From assembly GCA_965205485.1 (NCBI GenBank), contig OZ242180.1, positions 2,816,001 through 2,880,000 on the forward strand: a DNA stretch of 64,000 nt. Reading direction: 5' to 3'. Source of the stretch: Candidatus Latescibacterota bacterium. Lineage in GTDB: Bacteria > Latescibacterota > UBA2968 > GCA-2709665. Shown here piece after piece: positions 50,126 to 58,670 of the stretch (its first letter is position 1; every line of letters starts with the position of its first letter). Position numbers and translations under genes: made by a program. The notes under the pieces were generated by a model. That model saw nothing but the letters and a program-made list of their open reading frames with translations, ran no database searches and was not told the origin of the DNA.

Positions 50126-52681
50126 GTGAGACATCATATCGGAAACGAAACGCGTCGATTGTTCGTCTGGCTTTTTGCGTCCTTGACGGTCGGCTCCTTT
50201 CTGGCGGTTCCTGCGTTTTCCTACGTATTTCAGATGCACCGTAACAGTCAGGGTCAGATTGTCACGGTGCGATGGTCGGCAGGAAAGGCGCGCGCGATCG
50301 AATTCTGGCTCAAGATCGATCAGTTTCCTTTCCTGGACAGACATGTAAGACGCCTGGTAAACGACAGCTTCGCAGCCTGGGAGGAAATTCCCATTTCATT
50401 CGCCTCGTTCAGAAACCGTGGCGTCGGCAATCTGGAAGTGTCAACCACCGACGGAAAAAACGTAATTGCCTATGACCGGAGCGCCAGTAATTTCCCGGAA
50501 CGCGGCGGCGGGGGTGTGATTGCATTCGCGCGGATGAATTGGGACGTCCAGGGTCACATAACCGACGTGGACATCGTCTTCAACGGTCGAGACTATTCCT
50601 ATTCGGCGGGAAATCCCGATCAAGAGGGCGGACTTGTGGATATGCAGGATGTGCTGGTCCACGAAATCGGCCACCTGCTGGGCCTTGCCCATTCGCCGCT
50701 GGCGGGTGATCGGACCGTTCGCCCGTCGATGTATCCCTTTTACTTTGGAGAGGAACGAACGCTTACGACCGACGACCGTGCGGGGGTTGCGGCGCTGTAT
50801 CCTTCGACGGAGGCAATAACATCCACCGGCGCAATCTCCGGAAGGGTGTCGCACCGTGACGGTTCCGGGGCATTTGGCGTGCACGTGGTGGCATATCGCG
50901 TGGAGACGGGCGAGTTCGCCGCGGGTGTCCTGTCCGGGACAACCGGTGAAAACCGGGGGATCGGCGGAGACGGGGCATATGAAATCAAGGGCCTGCCGCC
51001 AGGTGAATATCACGTGGGCATCGAACCCGTGGGCGGATCGGTTACCACGCGAAATTTCAGCGGGATTTACAGCGAGTTCGAATCCGGCTTCCCGGAGGAG
51101 TATTACGACAACCGGGCGATTCGGGACGTTGCCGACGTAGTTCGTGTTGCCCCGGGCAGGAGCGTGGCGGAGGTGGACTTTACGCTGGGTACGGCCCTTC
51201 CGGGCTTTCCGGATATTCAACCGACCGTTCTGCCGAACAACACGCCGAGCCCGGCGGGGCCGTATCGACTTCACATTCGCATCCTGGATGAGGACCCGAT
51301 TGTTCAGGTCGAGGCCGACTACCGGATCGACGGCGGACCGGTCCGGACACTGGTGTTGCAGCCGGAACATGGACGGTTTTATTCCGCCGAGTTTCCCGGT
51401 CGAAAACGCGGAACCGTGTTTACGTACCGCTTCCGGGCTCAGGACAGTCAGGGCAATGAGACAGTCTATCCCGCCGAGGAACTGCCCCCACTCCGGTTTG
51501 AAGTGCTTGCGCTTTCCGGCGAACCGGTCGTGTACGTGGCGCTGCGCCGTTCGCGGCAACTGGCCGTGTTCGATACGGGTCTGGACCGTGAAGTGGCCCG
51601 GATACCGCTGGGCGGCGACCCCTTGAGCGCGTTGTTGACACCCGACGAGCGGTACGTGTACGTGGCCAACAACGGCGCGGACGCGGATGGCTCGGAAAAC
51701 AAGCTGATGGCGATCGATACGGCAACGCATGAAGTCAACGTGATTCGGGTGGGGCGTGAACCGCTGGACCTGGCGATGCCCCGAAACGGATCGCGTGTGT
51801 ACGTGAGCAATGCCGCGGAACAGTCCGTATCGGTGGTGAACGTGGGCAGCCTCCGGGAGCGGCGGCGCATTTCCACGCCCGTTTCGGGTGGCGGGGAACA
51901 GTCACGGGGTCCATTCGGCATCGCGGTGGGCCCCGATGAAGAGTGGCTGTACGCGGCGGACATCGACGGGAATCAGGTGATGGTGGTGGATATAGAAGCC
52001 GGGCAGGTGACTCACCGCATCGACGTGCCGGTCTCGCCGCGCTCCCTGCTGCTTTCTCCGTCCGGAGACCGCCTCTACGTTTCCAGGTTCGGACGCAGCG
52101 GTGACGGTGCCGGCGTCACGGTCATCGACACCGAAACGAACGAGGTCATCGGTGAGATCGACCAGCCGTCGGCGAGCATCTTCCGGCTTGCCCTCTCGCC
52201 TGACGGCAAACGACTCTATGCCACGGACCGGACCAACGCCAGGGTGCTCGTTATCAACACCGAACTCAATCGCGTTGTTCTCAAGTGGGCGGCACGCGGA
52301 CGCGAAACGCGCGACGTCGCCGTGTCCGCCGACGGCAACACGGTCTACGCGGCCAACCAGGACTCGAACGAACTGCTGTTTATCGATGCGGCATCGGGAT
52401 TCATCCGCAAGACGCTCACGCTGGAAGACGGGCCCCGGGGTATCGCCGTCCGGGGACGGCCGGTCTACGAAGACGCTCCCGTGACCGATCCGAGACGCGC
52501 CGACTTCGACCGCGACGGAATCGTCGGGTTCGGCGACTTCGTGATTTTCGCCAGCAGTTTCGGCGCCGGTTCGGGCGATCCGAATTTCGACGAGAACCTG
52601 GACCTGAACGGCGATGAACAGATCAGCTTCGCGGACTTCATCCTCTTCGCCGCGGTCTTCGGGATGGCGGCGGGGGGGTAG
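50126..52681 (+). CDS. secreted matrixin-type zinc metalloprotease with YVTN-like beta-propeller and dockerin/EF-hand-like tail
   Basis: HEIGHLLGLAH plus Met-turn SMYP; propeller repeats (YVAN, YVSN, YATD); DFDRDGIVGFGDF..DLNGDEQISFADF. Confidence 0.85.
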   Translation: MRHHIGNETRRLFVWLFASLTVGSFLAVPAFSYVFQMHRNSQGQIVTVRWSAGKARAIEFWLKIDQFPFLDRHVRRLVNDSFAAWEEIPISFASFRNRGVGNLEVSTTDGKNVIAYDRSASNFPERGGGGVIAFARMNWDVQGHITDVDIVFNGRDYSYSAGNPDQEGGLVDMQDVLVHEIGHLLGLAHSPLAGDRTVRPSMYPFYFGEERTLTTDDRAGVAALYPSTEAITSTGAISGRVSHRDGSGAFGVHVVAYRVETGEFAAGVLSGTTGENRGIGGDGAYEIKGLPPGEYHVGIEPVGGSVTTRNFSGIYSEFESGFPEEYYDNRAIRDVADVVRVAPGRSVAEVDFTLGTALPGFPDIQPTVLPNNTPSPAGPYRLHIRILDEDPIVQVEADYRIDGGPVRTLVLQPEHGRFYSAEFPGRKRGTVFTYRFRAQDSQGNETVYPAEELPPLRFEVLALSGEPVVYVALRRSRQLAVFDTGLDREVARIPLGGDPLSALLTPDERYVYVANNGADADGSENKLMAIDTATHEVNVIRVGREPLDLAMPRNGSRVYVSNAAEQSVSVVNVGSLRERRRISTPVSGGGEQSRGPFGIAVGPDEEWLYAADIDGNQVMVVDIEAGQVTHRIDVPVSPRSLLLSPSGDRLYVSRFGRSGDGAGVTVIDTETNEVIGEIDQPSASIFRLALSPDGKRLYATDRTNARVLVINTELNRVVLKWAARGRETRDVAVSADGNTVYAANQDSNELLFIDAASGFIRKTLTLEDGPRGIAVRGRPVYEDAPVTDPRRADFDRDGIVGFGDFVIFASSFGAGSGDPNFDENLDLNGDEQISFADFILFAAVFGMAAGG

Positions 52682-52717
52682 GAAAAGACGTCCTCGCAGC
52701 ATCACGCAGATCAACTC

Positions 52718-52934
52718 CAGCCAAGTAGATAGAAGTAAATGCGCGAGTACGTTTGACGGTCCAATCACTCCCCCCTTGAGGGGGAGTCGCAGAAGCCGAG
52801 CCGTCCCCTGAGCCTGCCTGCATTGCCCGTGCTGAGCCTGTCGAAGCAAGCTTTTCGAAGTGTTGTCGAAGGCGCTGCCCTGAGCCCGTCGAAGGGTCCG
52901 GCGACGGCTGATGCGGTGGGGGGATTTCAAGGCC
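52718..52934 (+). repeat. composite palindromic repeat, copy 1
   Basis: cagccaa..caatcactccccccttgagggggagtcgcag..nested ctgagc(c/t)tgtcgaag units..gctgatgcggtggggg..ttcaaggcc. Confidence 0.85.
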
Positions 52935-53035
52935 TTACTGTAACCAGGCCGCGCGAAAAAAACGCGCTCCGGTGATTTTGCGCAGCAGGCTCACCGGAAG
53001 ACTCGAAAGGGACCCATCACAAGACGAGGCGAAAA

Positions 53036-53248
53036 ATGCGTTTTACGGCTGTCGTTGAGCATTGCAGGGATACCAAGTTGTATGTCGGTTACGTGCCCGG
53101 CTTTACTGGTGCCCACTCTCAGGGCGAGACATTGGATGAGTTGAACACAAACCTGAAGGAAGTGATCGAGATGCTTCTTGAGGACGGAGAACCGATTCTC
53201 GAATCGGAGTTTGTGGGAACACAGCAGATTGTAACCTCAAATGTCTAA
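53036..53248 (+). CDS. hicB: HicB-family antitoxin (short, no DNA-binding domain)
   Basis: YVGYVPGFTGAHSQGETLDEL..NLKEVIEM. Confidence 0.9.
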   Translation: MRFTAVVEHCRDTKLYVGYVPGFTGAHSQGETLDELNTNLKEVIEMLLEDGEPILESEFVGTQQIVTSNV

Positions 53249-53465
53249 AATACCGGTACTTAAGCCTCGGGAAGTGACTCGAATACTTGAATCGCTACTA
53301 TTTCGCGAAGTGCGCCAACGAGGATCGCACAAGCAGTTTCGCCATGAGGACGGAAGAGCCACAACTGTACCGTTTCACAAGGGAAGAGATATTTCGCCCA
53401 TATTGCTTCGTCGAATCGCAAGAGACATCGGGCTAACTGTCGAGGAATTTATCGGGACGAAATAA
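53241..53465 (+). CDS. hicA: HicA-family mRNA interferase toxin
   Basis: REV..IL..F..RQRGSHKQFRH.DGR.TTVPFH..I...LLR.I. Confidence 0.9.
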   Translation: MSKIPVLKPREVTRILESLLFREVRQRGSHKQFRHEDGRATTVPFHKGRDISPILLRRIARDIGLTVEEFIGTK

Positions 53466-53659
53466 AGTACTCCAATTGTCAGTCTCAATTGTATTCAGAT
53501 GACGAAGACGACGTTTCGTCCCCCTAGAGGCGCGTACCATTTCCCCTTGTTCTCCGTCTGTTCCTATCACCGATTCGCTCGCCAACCCGCACCCACCGCC
53601 CGCCACTGACTTGCTCGAGTTGACCTCACCTCCTAGCGCGGCATCGCTTTGCTTAGCCG

Positions 53660-53839
53660 CAGCCAAATAGATGGAAGTCAACGTGCGCGTCCGTTTAACG
53701 GCCCAATCACTCCCCCCTTGAGGGGGAGTCGCAGAGGCCGAGCCGTTCCCTTGAGATTTGCCCTGCTTGTGCTGAGCTTGTCGAAGCAAGCCTGTCGAAG
53801 GGGTCGTCGACGGCTGATGCGGTGGGGGAATTCAAGGCC
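53660..53839 (+). repeat. composite palindromic repeat, copy 2 (direct orientation)
   Basis: Aligns end to end with 52718-52934 but has fewer internal tgtcgaag units. Confidence 0.85.
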
Positions 53840-54220
53840 ATACCGCCTGCAAGCATCTAGATAAAATCCGCCCGACTTCACCAAAAGGTCGTACAAGTCC
53901 CTTCAATTGTCTATCCGCCACTGATCGACCCCGCTCGATTACCTCGAACGCAACGCACCATCGAATCCTACCTCTTAGCCAACCTCTTTGCTGAACCCTA
54001 ATTCAAGATCACGACTGTGTCTTGCCACCTACCCGGCAGCACGGTTCACGAATCGTAACCACGTCCGGAAACGCCCTTCGCGCCTTTTCTGCGTGCGTAT
54101 TCGGGGTTAACCCGTCATCTCATTTCTGGGGATTATTTGAAATCAAATTCCAGCATATCGGTAAATGTAACGGAAAGGGGTGAGAAGGTTTTTTCCCTCG
54201 GCTGAGGCGACTTTAGTTTG

Positions 54221-54249
54221 TTGATACCAATGGAGACCGGTTATATTTT
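54221..54249 (+). promoter_or_regulatory. sigma70-like promoter
   Basis: TTGATA-N17-TATTTT upstream of the FRG-TPR gene. Confidence 0.5.
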
Positions 54250-54392
54250 CGTGACAGGTAACAGTTGTTTTCCGTTAATAGATACGCCGAAATTAAGGCG
54301 GATCTTGCCGCCATTTGAAACGAGGTTGGCGAACAAGAACGTCCACTTTGCAGGCTATCGCGCTGTGTAATCTCCATCGGGGAGACGAAATC

Positions 54393-55430
54393 ATGAGCGA
54401 TTCCAACCAGACTAATTCACAGGACAAGGAGCCGGGAAGGGTCTTGGATTTAATCCATGAGATAGCAGAAAAATCAGTGAGCGCGGAGTTTCTCTTTAGG
54501 GGTGAGCCTAAACTTTACAATAGGGTCTCTTCGAGCCTCTACCGTGCATTTGAGAAGGAATTCGATGCCGGGAGAATTGACGTCGAGATGGTCCAAGATT
54601 CCATCCTCAAAAATTCGAGACAATTTATACGCCTACCGGATGTTGAAATTCTTCCTGAACTTCAACATTATGGCGGAAAAACGAACCTTATAGACTTTAC
54701 GTCCGATTACAACATAGCTCTCTTTTTTGCATGCGACGGCTTCTACAACGAAGATGGGAGGATGATCTTCTACAAAGTCGAAAAGACAAAAGGTCACGTT
54801 GTGTATCCTCGGAAACCGGTCAACAGGGTCATCGCGCAGAAGAGTGTTTTCGTTCGACCTCCCAAGGGTTTTGTTGAACCGGATGTCGTATTGCCTGTCC
54901 CCAAAGACCTTAAACTGACCATACTAAACTTCCTAAGGAAGTCCCATGGTATATCCACCGAGTCCGTTTACAATGACATTCATGGGTTCATCAAATATCA
55001 AGAACTTCATCAACAGGCATACACGGAGTTCTATTTGGGTCTGGATTGCTTCAACAGCGGTAATCATGATCAAGCCATATGTCATTACACCAAAGCGCTG
55101 GAATTCAACCCGCATCACGCAATTACCTATAACAACTGTGGTTTTGCTCGCTACAAAAAGGGTGACCACACAGGAGCGATCTACGACTATAACATGGCCA
55201 TACAACTAAACCCTCAGTATTCTATAGCCTTTGTCAATCGTGCTGTCGCCTGGTTAAGCATGAAAGATTGGGAAAAGGCGCGATCAGACCTGATTGCTGT
55301 AAGAGAAATGGGAGCGGATGTCATCGCGCTATTTCTTAATGATTTTGAGAGCGTTGCGGACTTCGAGCGCAAGAGTGGCGTGAAACTTCCCAAAGATATC
55401 GCATCGATGCTAACGCGCTCGTTAGATTGA
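54393..55430 (+). CDS. FRG-domain + TPR protein
   Basis: FLFRGE, SSLYR, LQHYGGKTNLIDFT..IALFFAC, NRVIAQKSVF; three C-terminal TPRs; visibly AT-richer than flanks; GGGAG before ATG 54393. Confidence 0.85.
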   Translation: MSDSNQTNSQDKEPGRVLDLIHEIAEKSVSAEFLFRGEPKLYNRVSSSLYRAFEKEFDAGRIDVEMVQDSILKNSRQFIRLPDVEILPELQHYGGKTNLIDFTSDYNIALFFACDGFYNEDGRMIFYKVEKTKGHVVYPRKPVNRVIAQKSVFVRPPKGFVEPDVVLPVPKDLKLTILNFLRKSHGISTESVYNDIHGFIKYQELHQQAYTEFYLGLDCFNSGNHDQAICHYTKALEFNPHHAITYNNCGFARYKKGDHTGAIYDYNMAIQLNPQYSIAFVNRAVAWLSMKDWEKARSDLIAVREMGADVIALFLNDFESVADFERKSGVKLPKDIASMLTRSLD

Positions 55431-55595
55431 ATTTCCGAATATGTGCGGACCCCTCGCTCTGGATGCAAGCGAATGTTTGCCGCGGGGAGATTTGTGCGAT
55501 CTTCAAAATATCGATTTGCATTAAGTGTATTAATCCCCAGCGACATTTGTATACAAAGGAGCCACTTATCAAAACGGTCCTCAGTATCCTCGCGG

Positions 55596-55703
55596 TACTG
55601 CCGGATGGTCACGGCTCTTGGGAAAACCATTGAGATATAGAAAGAGCTCGATACACTTTATCCTGATGTCGAGAAGGATCTGGTGGAGATCCCGGCTGAA
55701 TGA
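55596..55703 (+). pseudogene. remnant resembling the C-terminus of a type ISP restriction-modification enzyme
   Basis: YCRMVTALGKTIEI*KELDTLYPDVEKDLVEIPAE* with an internal TAG (55638-55640); similarity recalled from family consensus. Confidence 0.5.
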
Positions 55704-55752
55704 AAGAAAGAGAAACGTCGCACATTAACATGACCCTATACGTGGATGCACG

Positions 55753-55803
55753 ACGCGGTGGACAGACCGACTCTGAGCGGGAGCCCACCGCGTTTTAATT
55801 TTT
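55753..55803 (+). terminator. intrinsic terminator
   Basis: acgcggtgg / ccaccgcgt stem followed by tttaattttt. Confidence 0.55.
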
Positions 55804-55821
55804 CGATCAATTTAAAAACAC

Positions 55822-55850
55822 TTGACACTGCGTAGTCAATTGGCTACAAT
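55822..55850 (+). promoter_or_regulatory. sigma70 promoter with overlapping palindromic operator
   Basis: TTGACA-N17-TACAAT; near-perfect palindrome gtagtcaattggctac (55832-55847). Confidence 0.75.
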
Positions 55851-55857
55851 TTCATGT

Positions 55858-55944
55858 AAGAACTGAGTTCGCGACGTCGCGAACGCCGGGAGTCGCTGGA
55901 AAGCCTGCAAACGGGAGAAACGAGATGCCAGCGAGAGAACATAA
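55858..55944 (+). pseudogene. 3' remnant of a RelE/HigB-type (HI1419-like) toxin gene
   Basis: KN*VRDVANAGSRWKACKREKRDASERT* overlaps the antitoxin start, as intact toxin genes do. Confidence 0.45.
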
Positions 55945-56209
55945 GGCCAGAGATTATCTCAAGACGCCTGAGGACGCCGCCGCCTATCTGAACGCGGCGA
56001 TAGAGGAAATGGGCGACGATCCGCGCCTGCTCATGAAGGCGTTTCGGAACGTTGCAGAGGCGCGGGGTGGCGTGTCTGCGCTTGCTCGTCAGGCCAAGCT
56101 GGATCGCGTGGCCCTTTCCCGAGCTCTGTCCGGTCGACGAAATCCGCGTCTTGATACGCTGGCGAAAGTCTCTGCCGCCTGCGGTATAAAACTTCGTTTC
56201 TCGGCGTAA
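55925..56209 (+). CDS. addiction module antidote protein (HI1420-like HTH)
   Basis: DYLKTPEDAAAYLNAA..D..L..A..VAEARGGVS.LA..L.R.AL.RALS..NP.LDTL.KV. Confidence 0.88.
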   Translation: MPAREHKARDYLKTPEDAAAYLNAAIEEMGDDPRLLMKAFRNVAEARGGVSALARQAKLDRVALSRALSGRRNPRLDTLAKVSAACGIKLRFSA

Positions 56210-56261
56210 TTGAGGGTGCCCTGAAAAACGTCAAAGGCCTTCAGATAGTCGGAGCGGTACC

Positions 56262-56471
56262 ATGAATTATGATCCAATAGTTGAGGAAGTTCATCGGACC
56301 CGGCGGAAGCTCCTGAAGGAATGCGGAGGCGATCTCGACCGGTTGTTGGACCGCGTGAAAGCTGGAGAAAAAAACCACCGCAATCTCGTGGTCATTAATG
56401 CTCCGCTACCAGCAGAGACCTGCGTGATGAAGGAATCCCCGGTTCCCAGGGGTTCCGGGAATCACACTTAA
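56262..56471 (+). CDS. small hypothetical protein of a type often next to PIN toxins
   Basis: GGAG RBS; DPIVEEVHRTRRKLLKECGGDLDRL. Confidence 0.6.
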   Translation: MNYDPIVEEVHRTRRKLLKECGGDLDRLLDRVKAGEKNHRNLVVINAPLPAETCVMKESPVPRGSGNHT

Positions 56472-56565
56472 TCGACGGGAACGTCTGTACACTCCGCGTC
56501 GTTGTTTTGGATTCGGCCGGGAACAAGAGTCGTTCGGCGGCTGTCGTGGAAGGTTGGAGGATACG

Positions 56566-56892
56566 ATGAAAAAGCTTACAGTCCTGGTTGGAAAACAAAG
56601 AGACGGCTACGTATTCAGGCTTCAGCCATCCAGCAGGCGGATGGTAATGCCGAAGGTCGATTCACCCGGCACGGTTTCGAGTATTTTCGTCGCCTTTGAC
56701 ACGAAGCACCATTTTGAGCAAATCCACGGCCCGATTATGGAACATGTCATCACGTTGCTGACCGGCAGGTCGTCGGACGACTTGAATCAGCTGGGCGGAT
56801 TCGCGGTTGTTGACCCAGTTACCGAAGAGACACTATACGATTCGGTCGCGCAGCATGTTAAAGCCTCGGGATTGTCTCTGCACGAAGCCTGA
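56566..56892 (+). CDS. hypothetical protein
   Basis: GGAGG RBS before ATG 56566; 108 aa; no family recognised. Confidence 0.6.
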   Translation: MKKLTVLVGKQRDGYVFRLQPSSRRMVMPKVDSPGTVSSIFVAFDTKHHFEQIHGPIMEHVITLLTGRSSDDLNQLGGFAVVDPVTEETLYDSVAQHVKASGLSLHEA

Positions 56893-56931
56893 ACAGTCGG
56901 ACGCACGCCGTCAGACGCCACGGAGCATGAC

Positions 56932-58212
56932 ATGACGAAGACAGTTATTCTCGATACGCATGTTCTTTACGACATCGGCTTGAATCGCGTCGACATTAAA
57001 GACATTCGGCAACCGGGAGACCGTCTCTGTTACACTCCAATCTCGGTCATTGAGCTGGTATCTAAACTTGACGATCGGTCGTTTGACGACCGAAAAACCG
57101 CGGCCGGCGCCATTCTCCTGAATGGTATCGACGAACTTCCAGATCCGGAATCGTACCTCACAACCACTTTTGGATACAAGCTGGCAGAACCCGCTCCGTC
57201 CTATGCAGACGCCGTTTTCGCCCTGGCGGAGGGTCAAAGCCTTGACGAAGTCAGGAAGGGCGTACCTGACTACGAGAGTTTAGTCCGAAGGACCTTGAAT
57301 GTACCGTTCGCGGCGACTTGGCGCGATAAGGGCGAGCAAGAATGGGTTGATTCGCTGATTCACCTGATGGTGGAGAACATTCCCGGGTATCGCAAATGGT
57401 ATGCCACCGATTCGGACAGACGATCTTCGTCCATGCCAAAACTCCGAGGCGCCGAAAAAAAGCGCTTTCTAACGGGAATGAGGTCGAGAGAATGGTTCGC
57501 ACAGGTTATAGCCGGCTGCCAGATGCGAGCGTTTTTCAAAGCAGACACCAGGGCTCTCGGAAGGATTGCCCGGAAGAAAGTAGATGATCTGGTCGCTGCA
57601 ATTCCCAGGATAGAGTGCTATTCGCATATATATACGCAGTACCTGATTCGTCTGATGACGGAGGGGCTTCTGCCGAGGAAGAACGACAGCGGAGATATCG
57701 ACTTGTTTCTTTACTCTACTGATGATGACCACATTGTGGCCACAAACGAGATAAAATGGATTGCGCTTGCGAAAACCGCGGGTTTCACCAGGAGGATCCG
57801 CACTTACGGACACGGGGAGGTCGAACGGGAATGCGAATGCAACTGTCCGGACGAGGAGGCCGCGCGGTACCGAATCATGCGCGACGCCGCCAGATATCGA
57901 AAAATGAGCATTGAAGACTACGTAGAGACTACACTGGCCAGGGAACCGAACCGTGTAAAGGAAGATGGCGCGACGTATCGCAGAATGAGCTATGAAGAAT
58001 ACATCCAGACACGGCCGGGTGTTCGTGGGGGAAAACCCTGCTTTGAGGGTACTCGAATAACTGTGTATGACGTGTTGGATTATATGTCTGCGGGAATGTC
58101 TGACGCGGAGCTTCTGGAAGATTTCCCGGTTCTCACAAGGCAGCACCTCCGCGCTGCGCGTGATTTTTCCGAGGCGCATAGGCTTCGGCCTGAATCCGGT
58201 TCTGCAGCGTGA
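56932..58212 (+). CDS. PIN-like domain protein fused to a C-terminal DUF433
   Basis: N-terminal VILDTHVLY..ISVIEL..NDSGDIDL..IVATNE; C-terminal PGVRGGKPCFEGTRITVYDVLDYMSAGMS..ELLEDFP.LT. Confidence 0.7.
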   Translation: MTKTVILDTHVLYDIGLNRVDIKDIRQPGDRLCYTPISVIELVSKLDDRSFDDRKTAAGAILLNGIDELPDPESYLTTTFGYKLAEPAPSYADAVFALAEGQSLDEVRKGVPDYESLVRRTLNVPFAATWRDKGEQEWVDSLIHLMVENIPGYRKWYATDSDRRSSSMPKLRGAEKKRFLTGMRSREWFAQVIAGCQMRAFFKADTRALGRIARKKVDDLVAAIPRIECYSHIYTQYLIRLMTEGLLPRKNDSGDIDLFLYSTDDDHIVATNEIKWIALAKTAGFTRRIRTYGHGEVERECECNCPDEEAARYRIMRDAARYRKMSIEDYVETTLAREPNRVKEDGATYRRMSYEEYIQTRPGVRGGKPCFEGTRITVYDVLDYMSAGMSDAELLEDFPVLTRQHLRAARDFSEAHRLRPESGSAA

Positions 58213-58559
58213 AGCTGTTGTTCGACGAGATGCTTAGCTATCGGCTGGCGACGCGTGTTGAAGAGACCTTTCCTGGCTCGACCAGCGTCAATCGAGTCGG
58301 GCTTCAAGGCCAACCTGATATTGTCATTTGGAACTACGCAGCGGGACATGGCTTCGCAATTGTGTCAAGGGATGACGATTTCCGACAACTCAGTTTCGCC
58401 CTCGGCCATCCTCCAAAGGTCATATGGCTCGGTGGAAAAAACGCGGGGACAGGTTGGATCAAGGACGTTTTGTTGTGGAATAGATGTCGAATCGCAGGCT
58501 TCATGGGAGACGATGAGGGCTCCCTTCTCGAATTGAACCTGGATCTGCATCGACCGTGA
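58209..58559 (+). CDS. DUF5615 PIN-like protein (VapC45-type partner of DUF433)
   Basis: MKLLFDEMLS..GL...D..IW.YA...GF.IVSRDDDF..G.PPKVIWL; GTGA overlap. Confidence 0.88.
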   Translation: MKLLFDEMLSYRLATRVEETFPGSTSVNRVGLQGQPDIVIWNYAAGHGFAIVSRDDDFRQLSFALGHPPKVIWLGGKNAGTGWIKDVLLWNRCRIAGFMGDDEGSLLELNLDLHRP

Positions 58560-58670
58560 CCTGTGATGCCGCACAATACCCCTCCGCTGTATTTTCGGTT
58601 TTCCGTTTCCCTCTAACCCGAAGGCAATTGCTGAATTCTTGTCATGATTTCCAGATCCAGAGGATTCGCG

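Noticed and set aside
51902..53896. ORFs with LRQAQ / PLKGGV peptides (51902-52930, 52638-52823, 53433-53789, 53649-53864)
   Set aside because: They are translations of the non-coding palindromic repeats.
53840..54210. Unexplained intergenic stretch in the TA patch
   Set aside because: No ORF, repeat or structure I could support; possibly decayed sequence.
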